Positions 25,911 to 43,364 of a stretch of DNA of 64,000 bases are shown here, piece after piece. Made by a program: the position numbers and the translations under genes. The stretch is from the human T2T-CHM13v2.0 reference genome, Homo sapiens: assembly GCF_009914755.1 (NCBI RefSeq), contig NC_060936.1. One strand, 5' to 3'. How positions within the stretch are numbered: position 1 is the stretch's first letter; each line of letters opens with the position of its first letter. Below the pieces are notes generated by a model. The model was given only the letters and a program-made list of their open reading frames with translations, did no database searches and was not told the origin of the DNA.

Positions 25911-27587
25911 TAGATGAGAAGTATTTCTGCATTTAAAGAGGATCCGCTTTCCTTTTGTGAACTTAGACTGTGAGGGTATGGATTCTGTAGCAGGCAGGAT
26001 TTTTTAACTTGCTAACATTTTATTTTGAAATACTTCAAACTACAGAAAAGTTGAGCACCCACATATCCTTTATCTAAATTCACCAATTAGCATACTGGCA
26101 CACTTGCACTCTTACTCTATACAGATATTTTCTAAATCACATGAAAATAAGTAGTAAACATTAAATTCACCAATTGTCAGCATTTTGCCACATTTGTGCC
26201 ATTTCTCTAAACAGATTGATGGGTATTTTCTTTTTAAAAAAATTTTTGTGGGTACATAATAGGTGTATACATTTATGGTTTACATGAGATATTTTGATAT
26301 AGGCAAAATATCGATGTGTAATATGATGTGTAATAATCATATCAGGGTAAATGGGGTATTCATCATGTCAAGTATTTATCATTTGTGTTACAAACAATCC
26401 ATTTATACTCTTAGTTATTAAAAATGTAGAATTAATTATTAAAATTTTTTATTTCTAATTTTTGTGGGTACATAGTAAGTGTATATATTCAAATAATCAC
26501 ATGATGGAAAATTGGTGTCCATCCCTTCAAGCATTTACCTTGTGTTACAAATGATCCATTTATACTCTATTTTTAAGTGTATGATTACATTATTATTGAC
26601 TATAGTCCCCCTGTTTTGCTAGCAAGTACTAGGCCTTATTCGTTCTTTCTAGTTTTTGTACCCATTAATCGTTACCACTTCCCCCACCCCGCACCTTCCT
26701 ACTACCTTTCCCGGCCTCTGGTAACCATCCTTCCACTCTCTATCTCCATGAGTTCAATTGGTTTGATTTTTAGCTCCCACAAATAAGTGAGAACATGTGA
26801 AGTTTGTTTTCTGTGCCTGGCTTATTTCATTTAACATAATGATCGTCAGTTCCATCCACGTTGTTGCAAATGACTGGATCTCATTCTTTTTATGGCTGAA
26901 TATTACTCCATTGTGTATATGACCCACATTTTCTTTATCTATTCATCTGCTGATGGACACTTAGGTTGCTTCCAAATCTTGGCTATTGTAAATAGTGCTG
27001 CAATAGACATAGAAGTGCAGATATCTTTTTGAGGTACTAATTTGCTTTCTTTTGGTATATACCCAGCAGTGGGATTGTTGGATCAAATGGTAGCTCAATT
27101 TTTAGTTTTTTAAGGAACCTCCAAACTGTTCTCCACAGTGGTTATACTAACTTACATTCCCACCAATGGTGTATGAGGGTTCCCTCTTCACATCCTCACC
27201 AGCATTTGTTATTACCTGTCTTTTGGATAAAAGCCATTTTAACTGGGATAAGATAATACCTCATTGTAGTTTTGATTTGCATTTCTCTGATGATCAATTA
27301 TGTTGATCACCTTTTCGTACACCCATTTGCCATTTGTATGCCTTCTTTTGAGATATGTCTATTCAGGTCTTTTTCCCATTTTTAATCAAATTCTTAGATT
27401 TTTTTTCTATAGAATTATTTGAGCTCCTTACACATTCTAGTTATGAATCTCTTGTCAGATAGGTACTTTGAAAATATTTTCTCACATCCTTTGGGTTGTC
27501 TCTTCACTTTGTTGGTTGTTTCCTTTGCTGTGCAGAAACTTTTTAACTTGATTTGATTCCATTTGTCCATTGTTTTTTTTTGGTTAC

Positions 27588-28370
27588 TGATATAGTTTGG
27601 AAATTTTTCCACACCTGATATGGTTTGTCTCTGTGTTCCCATCCAAATTGCATTGCCAGTGTTGGAGGAGGGGCTTGGTGGGAGGTGACTGAATCATCTG
27701 GGCAGACTTCCCCCATGCTGTTCTCAAGATAGAGTTCTCACAAGGTCTGGATGTATGAAAGTGTGTAGCACCCCCCCCCACTTCTCTCTCTCTCTTCCTC
27801 CTGCTGGCCATGTAAGACTTACCTGCTTCCACTTCACCTTCTGCCATAATTGTAAGTTTGTTGAGGCCTCCTTCCCAGCTGTGCTTCCTGTATAGCCTGT
27901 GGAATTATGAATCAGTTAAACCTCTTTTTTAAATAAATTACCCAGTCTCAGGTAGTTCTTTATAGCAATGTGAGAACAAACTAAAACACCACCCAAATCT
28001 CATGTTGAATTGTAATCCCCAGTGCTGGAGCTGAGGCCTGGTGGGAGATGTTTGGATCATGGAGGCAGATTCCTCATGGCTTGGTGCTGTCCTTGGTGAT
28101 AGCAAGTTCTTGCCAGATCTGGTCATTTACAAGTGTGTGGCACCTCCCCATCCACCCCTTCTCTTTCTTGCTCATTTTTTCCATGTGAAGTGCCTGCTCC
28201 CACTTTGCTTTCTGCCATGGTTGGAAGCTTCCTGAGGCCTCCCTAGAAGCAGATGCCGGTCCTATGCTTCCTGTACAGCCTGCAGAACCATGAGCCAATT
28301 AAACCTCTTTTTTTGTAAACTACCCTGTCTCAGGTATTTCTTCACAGAAATGCAAGAATGGCCTAATACA
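27588..28370 (+). mobile_element. MSTB-like solo LTR (outer)
   Basis: tgatatagtttgg ... gcctaataca; TSD gttac/gttgc. Confidence 0.8.
27616..27988 (+). mobile_element. MSTA-like solo LTR nested in the outer LTR
   Basis: tgatatggtttg ... aactaaaaca; TSD acacc/ccacc. Confidence 0.8.
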
Positions 28371-28788
28371 GTTGCCTGTGCTTGTGGGGTATTATTCAAT
28401 AAATTTTTGCCTAGTCCAGCGTCCTGGAGAATTTCTACAATGTTTTCTTGTAGTAGTTTCATAGTTTGCGGTCTTAGATTTAAGTCTTTAATCCATTTTT
28501 GATTTGATTTTTGTATATGGTGAGAGATAGGAGTCTAGTTTCATTCTCTTGCATATGGATATCCAGTTTTCCCAGCACCATTTATTGAAGAGACTGTCCT
28601 TTCCCCAATTTATGTTCTTGGCAGATAGATAGATATTTTCTAAATCATATGAAAATAAGTTGTAGATGTTATGACATTTCACTCAACTGAACATGCATTT
28701 CCTAAGAAAAAGGACATTCTCCTACATTTGCAGTACTACTGTCACAGGAATGAAAATGAACAATTCTCAAATATATTCCAATATGTAA

Positions 28789-29176
<388 letters not shown>

Positions 29177-29670
29177 TGAAAATTTTTTACTTTTAACCCA
29201 GGATCCAATCAACGTTTACACATTGCATTTCCTTATTATGTCTCTTTGGTCTGTTTCACATCAGAAAAAAACTTCTACTTTTTCCCTCATTACATTGACA
29301 TTTTGAAAGAGTCTGGGCCAGTTGTCTTGTAGAATGTCCCACATTCTGGATTTGTCTTGTTGTTTCTCATAATTAGATTCTGCCTCCAGAATTTTGTCTG
29401 GAATACACCATAAGTGATGTTTTATTGCATCACATCAGGAGGCATGTGATGTCAGGTTGTTGCACTACTGCTGATGCAGTTTGTTAACATGATGACCACA
29501 GATCTCTTCATTGTTAAGATTACTTTCCCTTTGTAATAAGTAATCTGTGGGATGATACTTTGAGAATTTGCAGATATCTTGTTTCTTAACATCTTTCTTC
29601 CAATGGTTTTAACATCTATGGAGGATACTTGCCTTAATTGATGACTATATTAAAGGTGGACAAATAATAA

Positions 29671-30180
<510 letters not shown>

Positions 30181-30184
30181 TGCT

Positions 30185-30480
30185 TGCCCTTTTTCTTTTA
30201 TTTTCTTTTCCTGCCCTCCCCTCCCTTCCCCTCCCCTCCCCTCCCTTCCCTTCCCTTCCCTTCCCCTCCTCTCCCCTCCCCTCTCCTCTCCTCTTTCTTC
30301 CTCTTTCTTTCTTTCTTTTCCTTTTCTCTCCTTTTCTTTTCCTTTCTTCCTTCATTCTTTCTTTCTCTATCATTTTCTCCTTCCTTCCTTCTTCCCTTCC
30401 TTCCTCTCTTCATTGCTTACTCTCTTCCTTCCTTTCTCTCTCTCTTATATTTCTTCCTTGCCTTCTTTCTTTGCTTTATT
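30185..30480. repeat. Polypyrimidine low-complexity tract (CCCTT/CCCCT/CTTT/CCTT)
   Basis: About 300 bp almost entirely C/T. Confidence 0.9.
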
Positions 30481-30876
30481 TGCTGGCATTCTTCATAAAA
30501 AAGAACTTCCTCTCTCTCTTCTTTTTGGAGTATCACTATGGACTCACCTTTTTTTTTTTCAAAGTCAATGTTTCTTTGTCCTTTTGACATAGCTCCATTA
30601 ATCTATGAACACTTCCTTGATGTTTGACACAAGATATCTCAATATCACCTTTTACTTTCCCTGTCCCAGACCTAGAACCGGCCAAGAAACTAATAATCTA
30701 AGAAACCCTGGTTTCTTTGAGTGGGAAATGGAATATAGAACCAAAGAACTGAGTGCAAGGTGTACTACTTGCTACTGAAGTATGATTGCTTCTGGGACAT
30801 TTTATAGACAGAGTTACAGAAACAATTAAATGATGAATTCCTAATGATTCATAAATTCAAATAAAAAACAATTTAA

Positions 30877-31258
<382 letters not shown>

Positions 31259-31450
31259 TCATATACATATGCATTTTCCTTACTCCACAGTGAAAACACT
31301 CCAACATTAATATATTTACTTGTTTATACTATCTTACAATAAACACAGAATAGTTTCAGAATACAATAACCAATAATACTGCTATCAATAAACCTATTAA
31401 GTAAAGTTCAAGATTTCTTTGCAATTCTTCCGGTTTTAAGATATATTCTA

Positions 31451-31789
<339 letters not shown>

Positions 31790-31899
31790 TTATATATATC
31801 ATACTAAATGGTATTTACAAGTTATTTGAATTAACTCATTTTACTGTGTGACTGTGTTATCTATCAGGTACAAAGTAAGAGTACTTTCTTTAATGTCAA

Positions 31900-33125
<1,226 letters not shown>

Positions 33126-34292
33126 GGTAGATTTTTAATGCATATACCAAAAATCACCAAATTCTCTTTATAACTTTGGCATTTACGAAAGACTTTCACA
33201 AGTCATCTTATTTGATCCTAACAGATCTTGAAAGGCTCAGGAAGAATAAGGACATTACTATTGAAATGGAACAGTTTGAAAGACAGTTGTATTAATCTGG
33301 AAAATATGGGAGTACCTGCAATTATACACATGAAGTGTCTTGTCAGATGCTGTTAGAAACCTTGAACAGAATGTTTCAGGTAGAACATTATCCATACTGG
33401 CTGAGAGGAGCTTGTACCATCTTTAGAAGCATTTAATAAACATTCTAAGAAGTCCAAAGTTGTCACATAAAGCTTGAACTCCTTTCTGTCTACACTTTGC
33501 CTAGAAGGAATATTGGGATGAAGATGGGGGCTGGCAGAGTAGGAATGACACGTGGAAACATTATAGTCTGATGGGTCTGTTCACTTAGCTAGTTCTATAT
33601 TTGTTTGCTTTTTAATCTTTGCTTTTCTTTTTCTTTTTATCCAGAATGTAACTTGAACTCTCCCCAGTTTCTGTAATGGTTGCTAAGCCCAGCAATTTTC
33701 CTTAAGCAGTTCCCTGCTAAGAACCTTCCATTTAGTAAACCAAACCACCAAATGCAAGAGGGGTCTTTATTTGGGAAATCAAGACCATTTTCTTCAGATG
33801 GGATGAACTGCTCTGCAAGGAATCAGATTGGCCCTCTGTCAGCATGATTTTCTGAAGTAAAAAGTAAAAGATGAATGTGCTTTGTCCACAAATGAAGTTA
33901 GCCAAGCAAACAGAGAAAAATAGCTTACCAGCTTCCCTATTGATCTGAAAATCACCTTCTCAAAGAAGTAAGGTGACAGAGTGCACGCATCTCTACTCCA
34001 CAAACCACTGTCACTCATTGGCAGGAACAAAGAGTATCGAGTCTCTATTAGGCTTAGAGCTATCCTTAGAAATCATGTTAAAAATGCACACAGGGCTGGA
34101 AATGGAGGGGAATGGATGACTCAGGATTTCTCATGATGAATGCAAAAGAGCTACCCTCTGGGGCACTCCCTTGACTAAAGTAGAGGTCAGAAAAGACTAA
34201 ACATGGATACCAAAAGGTAAGCACTGACTACAGGTAATCAAGCATTCAGGGTATCAGCATTTCTATAGAATAGTGTGGAAAATTACAAGTAG

Positions 34293-34612
34293 GTGGGACA
34301 AGGTGGCTCACACCTGTAATCCTAGCACTTTGGGAGGCCGAGGCAGGCAGATAACTTGAGGTCAGAAATTTGAGACCAGCCTGGCCAACATCGTGAAACC
34401 CCATCTCTACTAAAAATACACAAAAATTAGCCAGGCGTGGTGGCCAGCGCCTGTAATCCAAGCTACTCAGGAGGCTGAGGCAGGAGAATTGCTTGAACCC
34501 AGGAGGCAGAGGTGACAGTGAGCCGAGATAGCACTATTGCACTCCAGCCTGGGCTACAGAGTGAGACCCTCTCACAAAACAAAACAAAACAAACAGCAAC
34601 AACAAAAAAGAA
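34293..34612 (+). mobile_element. AluS
   Basis: Dimer with (CAAAA)n tail. Confidence 0.88.
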
Positions 34613-35011
34613 AACTAGAGGTAAAGTCTTTGCTGCATACTAAGATGCTCATGCTTAGAATGAAAGTTCACAAAGTCAGGCAAAGGGAAGTCAAGAAATA
34701 ATGGGCAAATGTAGTTAGCAGATAAATTGAGAGCAGGAGAAATGAGAGCACACAGAAAAAGCTATTTACATCGGCAGACCACAGCCCCTTTCCACACACA
34801 ACCACAGAAACTAGGAAAGGGGAAGAGAGTTGAGAGCTGGTTCAGCAGCTGGCATCAGGGCAGCTCTTCAGAGGGTGGTGGACAAAGCCCTGAGGCAGGA
34901 GGGAAAAATACCTTTGCTGGTTTCCTTCCCTCTGTACTCCATTCTTCTAGATTCTGTTGTCTCCTGATTAAATGTAAAAAAGATATCATCTTCATTATAC
35001 CTAGTGCACTG

Positions 35012-35405
35012 TTTTTTTATTATTGAAATATAATTTGCAGAATACAAAATCCACACATTCAAAGTGTACAATTCAGTGATTTTTAGTACAATCAGAAAAT
35101 TGTGCAAACATCACCATTATCTAATTCCAGAACATTTCCATCACCCCTGAAGACACTCCATATTAGCAGTCATTCCCCGCCAACACTCTCCACTTTCTGT
35201 CTCAATAGATTTACCTATTCTGGGCATTTCATATAAATGGAATTATACATGTGGCCCTTTGTGTCTGACTTATTTCACTTAGATTTATCTTTTAATTAAT
35301 GAATTTTACTTTTTAGAGCAGTTTTGAGTTTTAGGTTTGCAGAAAAATTAAGCAGAAAGTACAGATGTCCCTTATCCCTCCGGCACCCCTAACATACACT
35401 TCTCC
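35012..35405 (-). mobile_element. L1MB/MD 3' end fragments
   Basis: aaagtgtacaattcagtgatttttagt..tctaattccagaacatttccatcacc..catttcatataaatggaat. Confidence 0.75.
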
Positions 35406-35812
35406 ATTATCATTATTATTATTTTTTAAGGTTGAGAGTAAAGGAGGTCTTCAAGCCAAAGAGAAAAATCATGCCCTCCCTGGAACCAAGAGCTCATAGT
35501 CTTTAATAAAACTCTCCTTTCTCATTATCACACAGTACCCCCAGAGACAGCCTAGCTTAAGCTCTGCTGGCTTCCCTTTGCCTTTCAGGAAGCTCAGTGA
35601 AAGGCCAGAGATGAGCTCTTGGGAGCAGCAGTGACTCTCCAAGAATATGGACGTTCCTCCTTGACCTTGATGGTGCAGCATTGATTTGTTCTCTTTCACT
35701 TTAGTAAATATTTTAAGGCATTGAGGTGGATTTTAAACACCAGAGGCTTGTTTTTATTCTCATAAAACAACTGAATTAATATTGAAAGCACAAAATGATT
35801 CAACTCTAAATA

Positions 35813-35910
35813 TGATGCTTCTCAACTTATGATGAGATTACATCCTGATAGACCCATCCTAAATGGAAAATAGTCATAAGTGGAATATCATTTAAGTTGG
35901 GGACAGTCTG
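35813..35910. mobile_element. Internally deleted MER47/Tigger5-like MITE
   Basis: gatgcttctcaacttatgatg..acatcctgata..cccatc ... taagttggggacagtctg. Confidence 0.55.
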
Positions 35911-36549
35911 TACTTGTTGAATAAGTATTCCTAAAATGAAATTGTTTATTTGCAATACATTTGTCTCTTCTGAGCACAGAGGACATTTGAGTTATAATAA
36001 TTGGAATATTGATACTTTTCTGAAACATTAAAGATTTTTGCAAACATGGGGAGTAATTTAGGAATAATTCCCATGGAATTGGATTGCTTTTCAATAAAAA
36101 AATGCAGAGGACACATTGGGTAGGAAGTAGAAGGACATGATAAGATGCTCTCTTCATCTTTAGTTAATCTATATCTAGCAGGAAAAACTAGAAAAAATAT
36201 TGCATTGGAAATAATAATCGCTACCAGTTGTTGAGTAATAAGTATGTTCCAGGTACTGTGCTAATCATTTTTACATGTATTTTCTCTTTTAAAACTCATA
36301 ACAGTATTATGAGTTAGATGCTATTATCATTCTAATATTAGGAGCACAATGAGGCTAAGAGAAATGAAATAACTTGCCCAAGGTCTCGCATTTTGCAGGT
36401 GAATTTAACCCTAAAGTCTTTAAGTACTTGCTAACATGAGAATTGGAGCAGGTAAATTCTCATCTTGATTATGTGACTTAACATAATTGGGCCTTATTTT
36501 CTTCATCTGTAAGATGGGGGTATTGGACTATATCCGCGATTCCTAATCT

Positions 36550-36990
36550 ATGGCTGCCTTGGAAACGTGCCACTCCATCTCCTAACCTCCTGTAGGGAGC
36601 ATGGTTGACTGACAGCTCCCAGCTATTGGCCCTGTCAACCTGAGGCCACACTTACACCAGGCTGCTCCTAGCCAGTGACTGGGCATGGCAGGGGTCCTGG
36701 TGTTGACTCAGTGCAATTCCTCTAATGAGCAGTTTTGGCTGGAGGACTCCTCATCAACAGCCAAGGCCTTCTCAGAACTGTGCTCCAGGCTGAGGCTCTT
36801 GCTACCCAATCCTGCCTTCCCTCTCTCTTTCCCTGGTATTGGACATATGTTGTGATCTGAAAGCTCTCCCAGCCTACTCCTGTCCCCACCTAATTTATCC
36901 TGCACAGAAATGTCTCTCAATAAATCTCTTGAGCTTCTAATCCTATGATTGGCTTGGCTTCTGCTGATTAGAGAACCAGAACTGACTCCA
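36550..36990 (+). mobile_element. LTR16A-like ERVL LTR
   Basis: gacagctcccagct..ggctgctcc..agccagtgactg..aataaatctcttg..agaaccagaactgac. Confidence 0.65.
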
Positions 36991-37510
36991 AGTCCATCTC
37001 AGGGAGGTTGAGAAAATATTTCCAAGGGTTCAGAAATTTCCCATGTTCAACAAGCAGTGTCCAAAAGACACTCTTTATTCTAGCTTTCTATGAATCCTAG
37101 GTCTCACATTTATATGAACTGCTACTTTCCCAATGAACATGGTTTATAAATATAGCGCAGTCATTTCAGATCCTTGTTGAATTTATAGCTACTTGTATTA
37201 TTATGTATGTGTTCAACTGGTGAATTTTATAAGAATGGTTGCTAAGAGTCTTCATGCTTGAAAATATTGGGAGCCACTGGGGTAGATGCTTACTCAGGGT
37301 CTCTTAGGTCTGGCATCCTTTGATCCACAGTAGAGGCAGTACAGATCAGTAGTTACAGAATAGTGCTCAGAGCTTGGGCTCTGCCATCAGATGGATGTGG
37401 GTTTGAGTCCTTACCTACTTCTTGCTGCACATGCTCAGCCACACTGAACATAACATAACCTCTTCAAGCCTTTGTTTCATCATCTAAAAAGTGGAGACAC
37501 TAATAATGAC

Positions 37511-37825
37511 TTTTTTTTTTCTTTTTTTGAGACAGAGTTTTGCTCTTGTTGCCCAGGCTGGAGTGCAATGTGATTTCGGCGTACAATGTGATCTCGGCTC
37601 TCCACAACCTCCGCCTCCTGGGTTCAAGCGATTTTCCTGCCTCAGCCTCCCGAGTAGCTGGGATTACAGGCATGCGCCACCACGTCCGGCTAATTTTGTA
37701 TATTTAGTAGAGACGGGGTTTCTCCCTTTTGGTCAGGCTGGTCTTGAACTCCTGACCTCAGGTGATCCGCCCACCTCGGCCTCCCAAAGTGCTGGGATTA
37801 CAGGCATGAGCAACTGTGCCTGGCC
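37511..37825 (-). mobile_element. AluSp-like, inserted in MIR
   Basis: agttttgctcttgttgcccagg; gcatgcgccaccac. Confidence 0.88.
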
Positions 37826-37834
37826 ATAGACTTC

Positions 37835-38137
<303 letters not shown>

Positions 38138-38173
38138 ATAATGACTTCTTTATAGGGTAATCGTGAAGGTTAA

Positions 38174-38777
<604 letters not shown>

Positions 38778-39214
38778 TAACCAACTGAGCTTTCATTTAT
38801 TTGTCGAGAATAATCTTGTCCCTGGTGTGTCTCCCCTGTGTAATATCCTTTCACAACCAATTTGTCCTTAATTCTCAGACTAGGGTCATATTAGCAACAC
38901 GAAGAATAGAAGAAATCTATTATTTACACAACCCCATCTCAAATAGATGACTATTTCAGGCAGATTTAGGGGTTTGAGGTTTTGGGGTAGAGCAGTTTTT
39001 GGAATCATAGAAATTATTTATTGGAGCACTGATTTTACAGTTGACAGCAAGTCTTATGGGGTGCCTCATTAGTGGGACAGGTGCAAGGGCAGCTGTTTTA
39101 ATTAATGTGTCAGGAATCCCTATTCTTGATTTCTATTATGGATTAAGGAAAAGCTACACTATCTACCTGATTGCACAAAAAGGTGGGACTGAGGAAGGGT
39201 AACCGTTAGGACCA

Positions 39215-39642
39215 TTGTTAGCTGAAGGCAATAAAGTCCCATGCCTTCAGTGGCTAACACAGGAGCTTATTTCTCTCATATAAAATGAAGTCAGCAAACA
39301 GACGGTTGCTTATGTTGGTTTATCAGCTTAATGGTGTCCTTTATGTCCCAGAGATTGTTTTGGCCTTTCTTTCACTGTCCCAGAATGGCTACAGGAATTC
39401 CAATGATCATATCCAAAGTCAAGTTGAGAAGGAGGAGAAAGGAGAAAGGGAAAGGCAGAACTAGCAGATCCCGAGCACTGGATTGAACTGTGCCATGTGG
39501 CCCCCACCTAGCTGCAAAGGAAGCTGAGAAATTATGTGTTTAGCTGGGCATCTTCCTCTCCTGGACACAGACAGTATTCTGTTAGTAAAGAAAAGTAGAG
39601 AAAATATATTGGGAAGGCAACCAACACTGTCTGTTCTCAGAG
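39215..39642 (-). mobile_element. MLT1J-like LTR
   Basis: ccacctagctgcaaaggaagctgagaaat..tattgggaaggcaacc. Confidence 0.6.
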
Positions 39643-42636
39643 GCAAGCCTAGGAATGTAACTCATGTTTATGACTTGGATCCACTTTCTTTTTCATTATG
39701 GGAAGAATGACAGGAGTAAGGAATGCTGTAGTAAATATATTGGCAATTATAATGCATCACAACAAACTTACAAGAGATGTCCACAATGCTCTAAGTTTCC
39801 ACTATACTGAGAAATATTTGTGGTAAAACTTAGAAATCATATTTTTAGTCATGAAGAAATTTTTGGTATAACAATGTCCTGGCAATATGATTTACCTGCA
39901 ATTATAGAATTATAGAATATAACAGAGATTCTTATTAAATTCTCTGATTTCTCTGACACAATGGGTTATATTTAGGGGAAAGTACATGCTGGAATCTGTT
40001 TGAAAGGCAGTTGTAATTCACTGAAATTTATTGTCCTCAAATTCACAAAGTTTTAAAAAAGATTCAAACTATATCAGGAGCTTACTCAAAATATAAATAG
40101 ATCTTATAGTCCTGAGGTGTGCAATATAAAATAGGCCATTGCCTCAGGAGTTTCTTATGAAGATGCCTGCAACGTGAACTTTTGGACCCTGATTCTGCAA
40201 AAAAAAATCCATCTTCAGAACAAGATAAGATTGTGGAAGTTGAGTGAGTATCTGTCTGAGCTTTTTCTCACATGTATGGTATTTAACTACCTTTGTCAGA
40301 AATTACAATTTAAATCTGTAGCTTTCATTTCATTTATATTTTTAAAATACTACTAAAAATTAATTATGTGCTTATCATGGTTAAAATGAATAGAACTATT
40401 TGTCTAGTATCATACATTTATATTATATAATTTCCCCCTTCCCTCATACCTTTACTTCAAATCTTTAAATTGTTTAGGCTTTATCCTTTCCTTTTAAAAA
40501 TTTAGTGAAAATTTCAGGTTATGTTCTTTATGGAAAATTTGAAACTACAGAAAAGTGAAAAAGAAAACTTCATACTATTTAAGATACATTTATAAGTGTT
40601 TATTTGTCTCAACCCTAATGACCATTCAAGATGGATCTATGCACAGATATACATTGATGAATGTGCCTGGAACATACTAGCACCTTCCTAAATCTTGGGA
40701 CAAATACAACTATGTTCCAGTCACAGCTGATGCATTTGGTGAGAGCAGTCAATTTATAGGCCAGTTTGAAAATGGGAATGAGGTCAGGGAGGGCAGAAAA
40801 GTAGAAGAAAAAGCCAGAAGAGGCAGCTATGAGAGGCATTTTGATCATTTATCTATTATGAATAGACCTGGTATGCCTTTAGCTTTAAAATATATGTAAA
40901 TACATATTATAACCAGAAGAGTTAAGTGATACAACTAAGAACACAGAGATGGTCACATAATCAGAACTCGAAGTTGAGCTTTCTTATCCTTACCCTAAGG
41001 AGTTCTCCCGCTAAAAATGGATGTCCAGATCATATAAGTGAACTACAAATACATTCATCTAAAAAGCCTCCTTTTTATATTTTGTATTTTTATATTTTGT
41101 GTATATTTGCTTGAGGATAGGTTGAGGAGATGAGCTATTTTAAAATATTGCCCTTATTTATAACTTTTATTTTCTTTTTTTATATCCTAACTTCTTCCCT
41201 TCCTCCCTCCCTTCCTCTCTTCCTTCCCTCCTTCCCTCTTTCTTTTCTGAGGGTGGGAGGGAAACAGTTTCAATGCATGGACTTCAGAATTAGACAGACA
41301 CTGATTTGAATCCTGGGTCTGCCCCTTGCTAGATATGGGACTCTATTCAGCTTGTTTACATTTTCTATGCTGCAGTTTCTTCACCTATAAAACTGAAGTA
41401 AATACATTTGCCTTATAGTATGATTTAGGGCATAATGGTCAGTTAGGCTTGATTACACTGCAGTAGCAAATACACTGCAGTAAAAAAAATTTCAGTGGCC
41501 TCTGTAATACAAGTCCATGTGTCACTCTTGGAAAGTCAGCTGTGAGTCTGGGTGACTCCCCAGGGCTCAGCATTTAATTTCATGGCACCTGCGTATTAAC
41601 ATGTTCTTGTGTGATCACCATGGCAACTAAGTAGTGACACATATCATGTGACTCAGAAGTGCTTACATTTTTCTTAAATGAATAAACAGCTCCATGGAAA
41701 TGCCTAACTTCAACAAGCTGGAACAATGCAATGCCCCTGTGTGTCCATAATGGACATGCTGGTAAACGGCACTAATACCTACTCCCGTCTGCTTTCCTCA
41801 TCACTTTTCAATGTGCTCTCTTTCCTGCAGACAGAATCCATTTTTGCCTTCCCCAAGGAGACAATCCAATAACTCCATCTCACCACCACTTCACACTCAG
41901 AGTCCACGATGAAGCATACTTCAGATCCAAATTTGGCTTTTCTTGGTCCAGAGTCATATGACACAAGGTTCATAAAGTGCTTACTGCCTGGCCAAAAGCA
42001 AATTCATGATGACTAGCAGTGAGTGATAAGAGGTTAACAACAGCAGTGACAGTAGCATCTTACCAATCGTCTTATCACATCAACAATATCTTCTTTACCA
42101 GGACATTTTTATAGCCCAGGACATCCATTGTTTTGATAGTTCACGATCCAGTGCTCCTTCTTGGGGAATTCACCTCTTCTTATCTCAGTCCATATGATTT
42201 ATAGGGGATTTCTCCCATCCTTCAACCACTAAGGACAGGCGTATAACGAAGGCCTTAACAATCAATTTATTCTATTTTACCAGTCACAGAGGTAGGTTCA
42301 GGGATGGGTACATTACTTAAGTTGGTCCAGGAAGACTCAGTCTTAGGACTTGCACTGGAAAGGGGGGAAAACCCACTTCTTTTTCTCTGTTAAGGTTGCT
42401 GAGAGAATAAGATGAAAAATCCACATCTGCTGAAGGTCAGCATATGACCAAAGTGAGCACCTTCCAGGAATGCTGCCAGTGCAGAAGGAGAGCCCAGCAG
42501 TGGTGAGAATGAGATGAGTTCTGCTGATAGTATTTGAGACCCTGGATTTAGCCACTGGTGGATCCCTGGAATTTTCAATAACCCGAACCATAATTTCTCC
42601 TTTTACTTAACCTGGTTTGATCTGGGATGTGTTACC

Positions 42637-43125
42637 TGTAGTGGTAGATTTCAAAAATAGCCACTAGGTTTTCCCCTCCATGTATTCATATCCACTTGCT
42701 GTATAATTTTGAGGGTCTTTCCACTCAGATTCTGGACCTATTTATATGATTTGTTTTGGACAAAGAGGTGCCCACAACATGACACAGAAGGGTCTTGAAA
42801 AGTATGTGCACAGTGGGGCTTGCTCTCTCTTGACACTCTTTGGACCCCTCATCACTGCTGCCATGTAAAGAAGCCCAGGTCACCTTGCTGGATAATGTGA
42901 GATAAAATGGAGCAAAGGAGAATTGTTCCAGATGGCCCATCCTGGATTAGTCAGCTCCAGCCAATTCACTAATTGACCACAGATACATGAAAAAGCCCAG
43001 TAGAGATCAGCCAAACCTTGTTCACACCAGGAATACATCCCAGCAGTATCATGAGACAAATAAATGATTGCTGTTTTAAATCAGTAAGATTTGAGGCTGT
43101 TATACAGCAAAAGCTAACTGATACA
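42637..43125 (+). mobile_element. MLT1F/G-like LTR
   Basis: aaaaatagccac..ctgccatgtaaagaagcccagg..aataaatgattgctgttttaa..agctaactgataca. Confidence 0.7.
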
Positions 43126-43364
43126 CTTGCCAGCAAGAGAGTGCTACCAGTTACAACCATGCTCTGGTAGTTCTCCTTTTACACTTTCTCTAGCTCTCTT
43201 TAAAACATACTAATTTTGTGATAGTTAAATGCGCCTGTAAGTAGGTACTCAAGGAGTATTTCTCAAATGCTTAAAATGAATAGGGAGACTTGAAAGACAC
43301 TGTCTTTAGACCCCAGAATTGAGTCCAATGCTGAATATTGTAGGCATCAGGGAAGAGCTAGGAA

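Larger units (their letters stand above)
26232..28621 (-). mobile_element. L1MA-type element (3' UTR plus ORF2 end), interrupted by MST LTRs
   Basis: Clear antisense L1 sequence; ORF-track remnants MDKWNQIKLKSFCTAKET and [15 protein letters not shown] are L1 ORF2. Confidence 0.88.
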
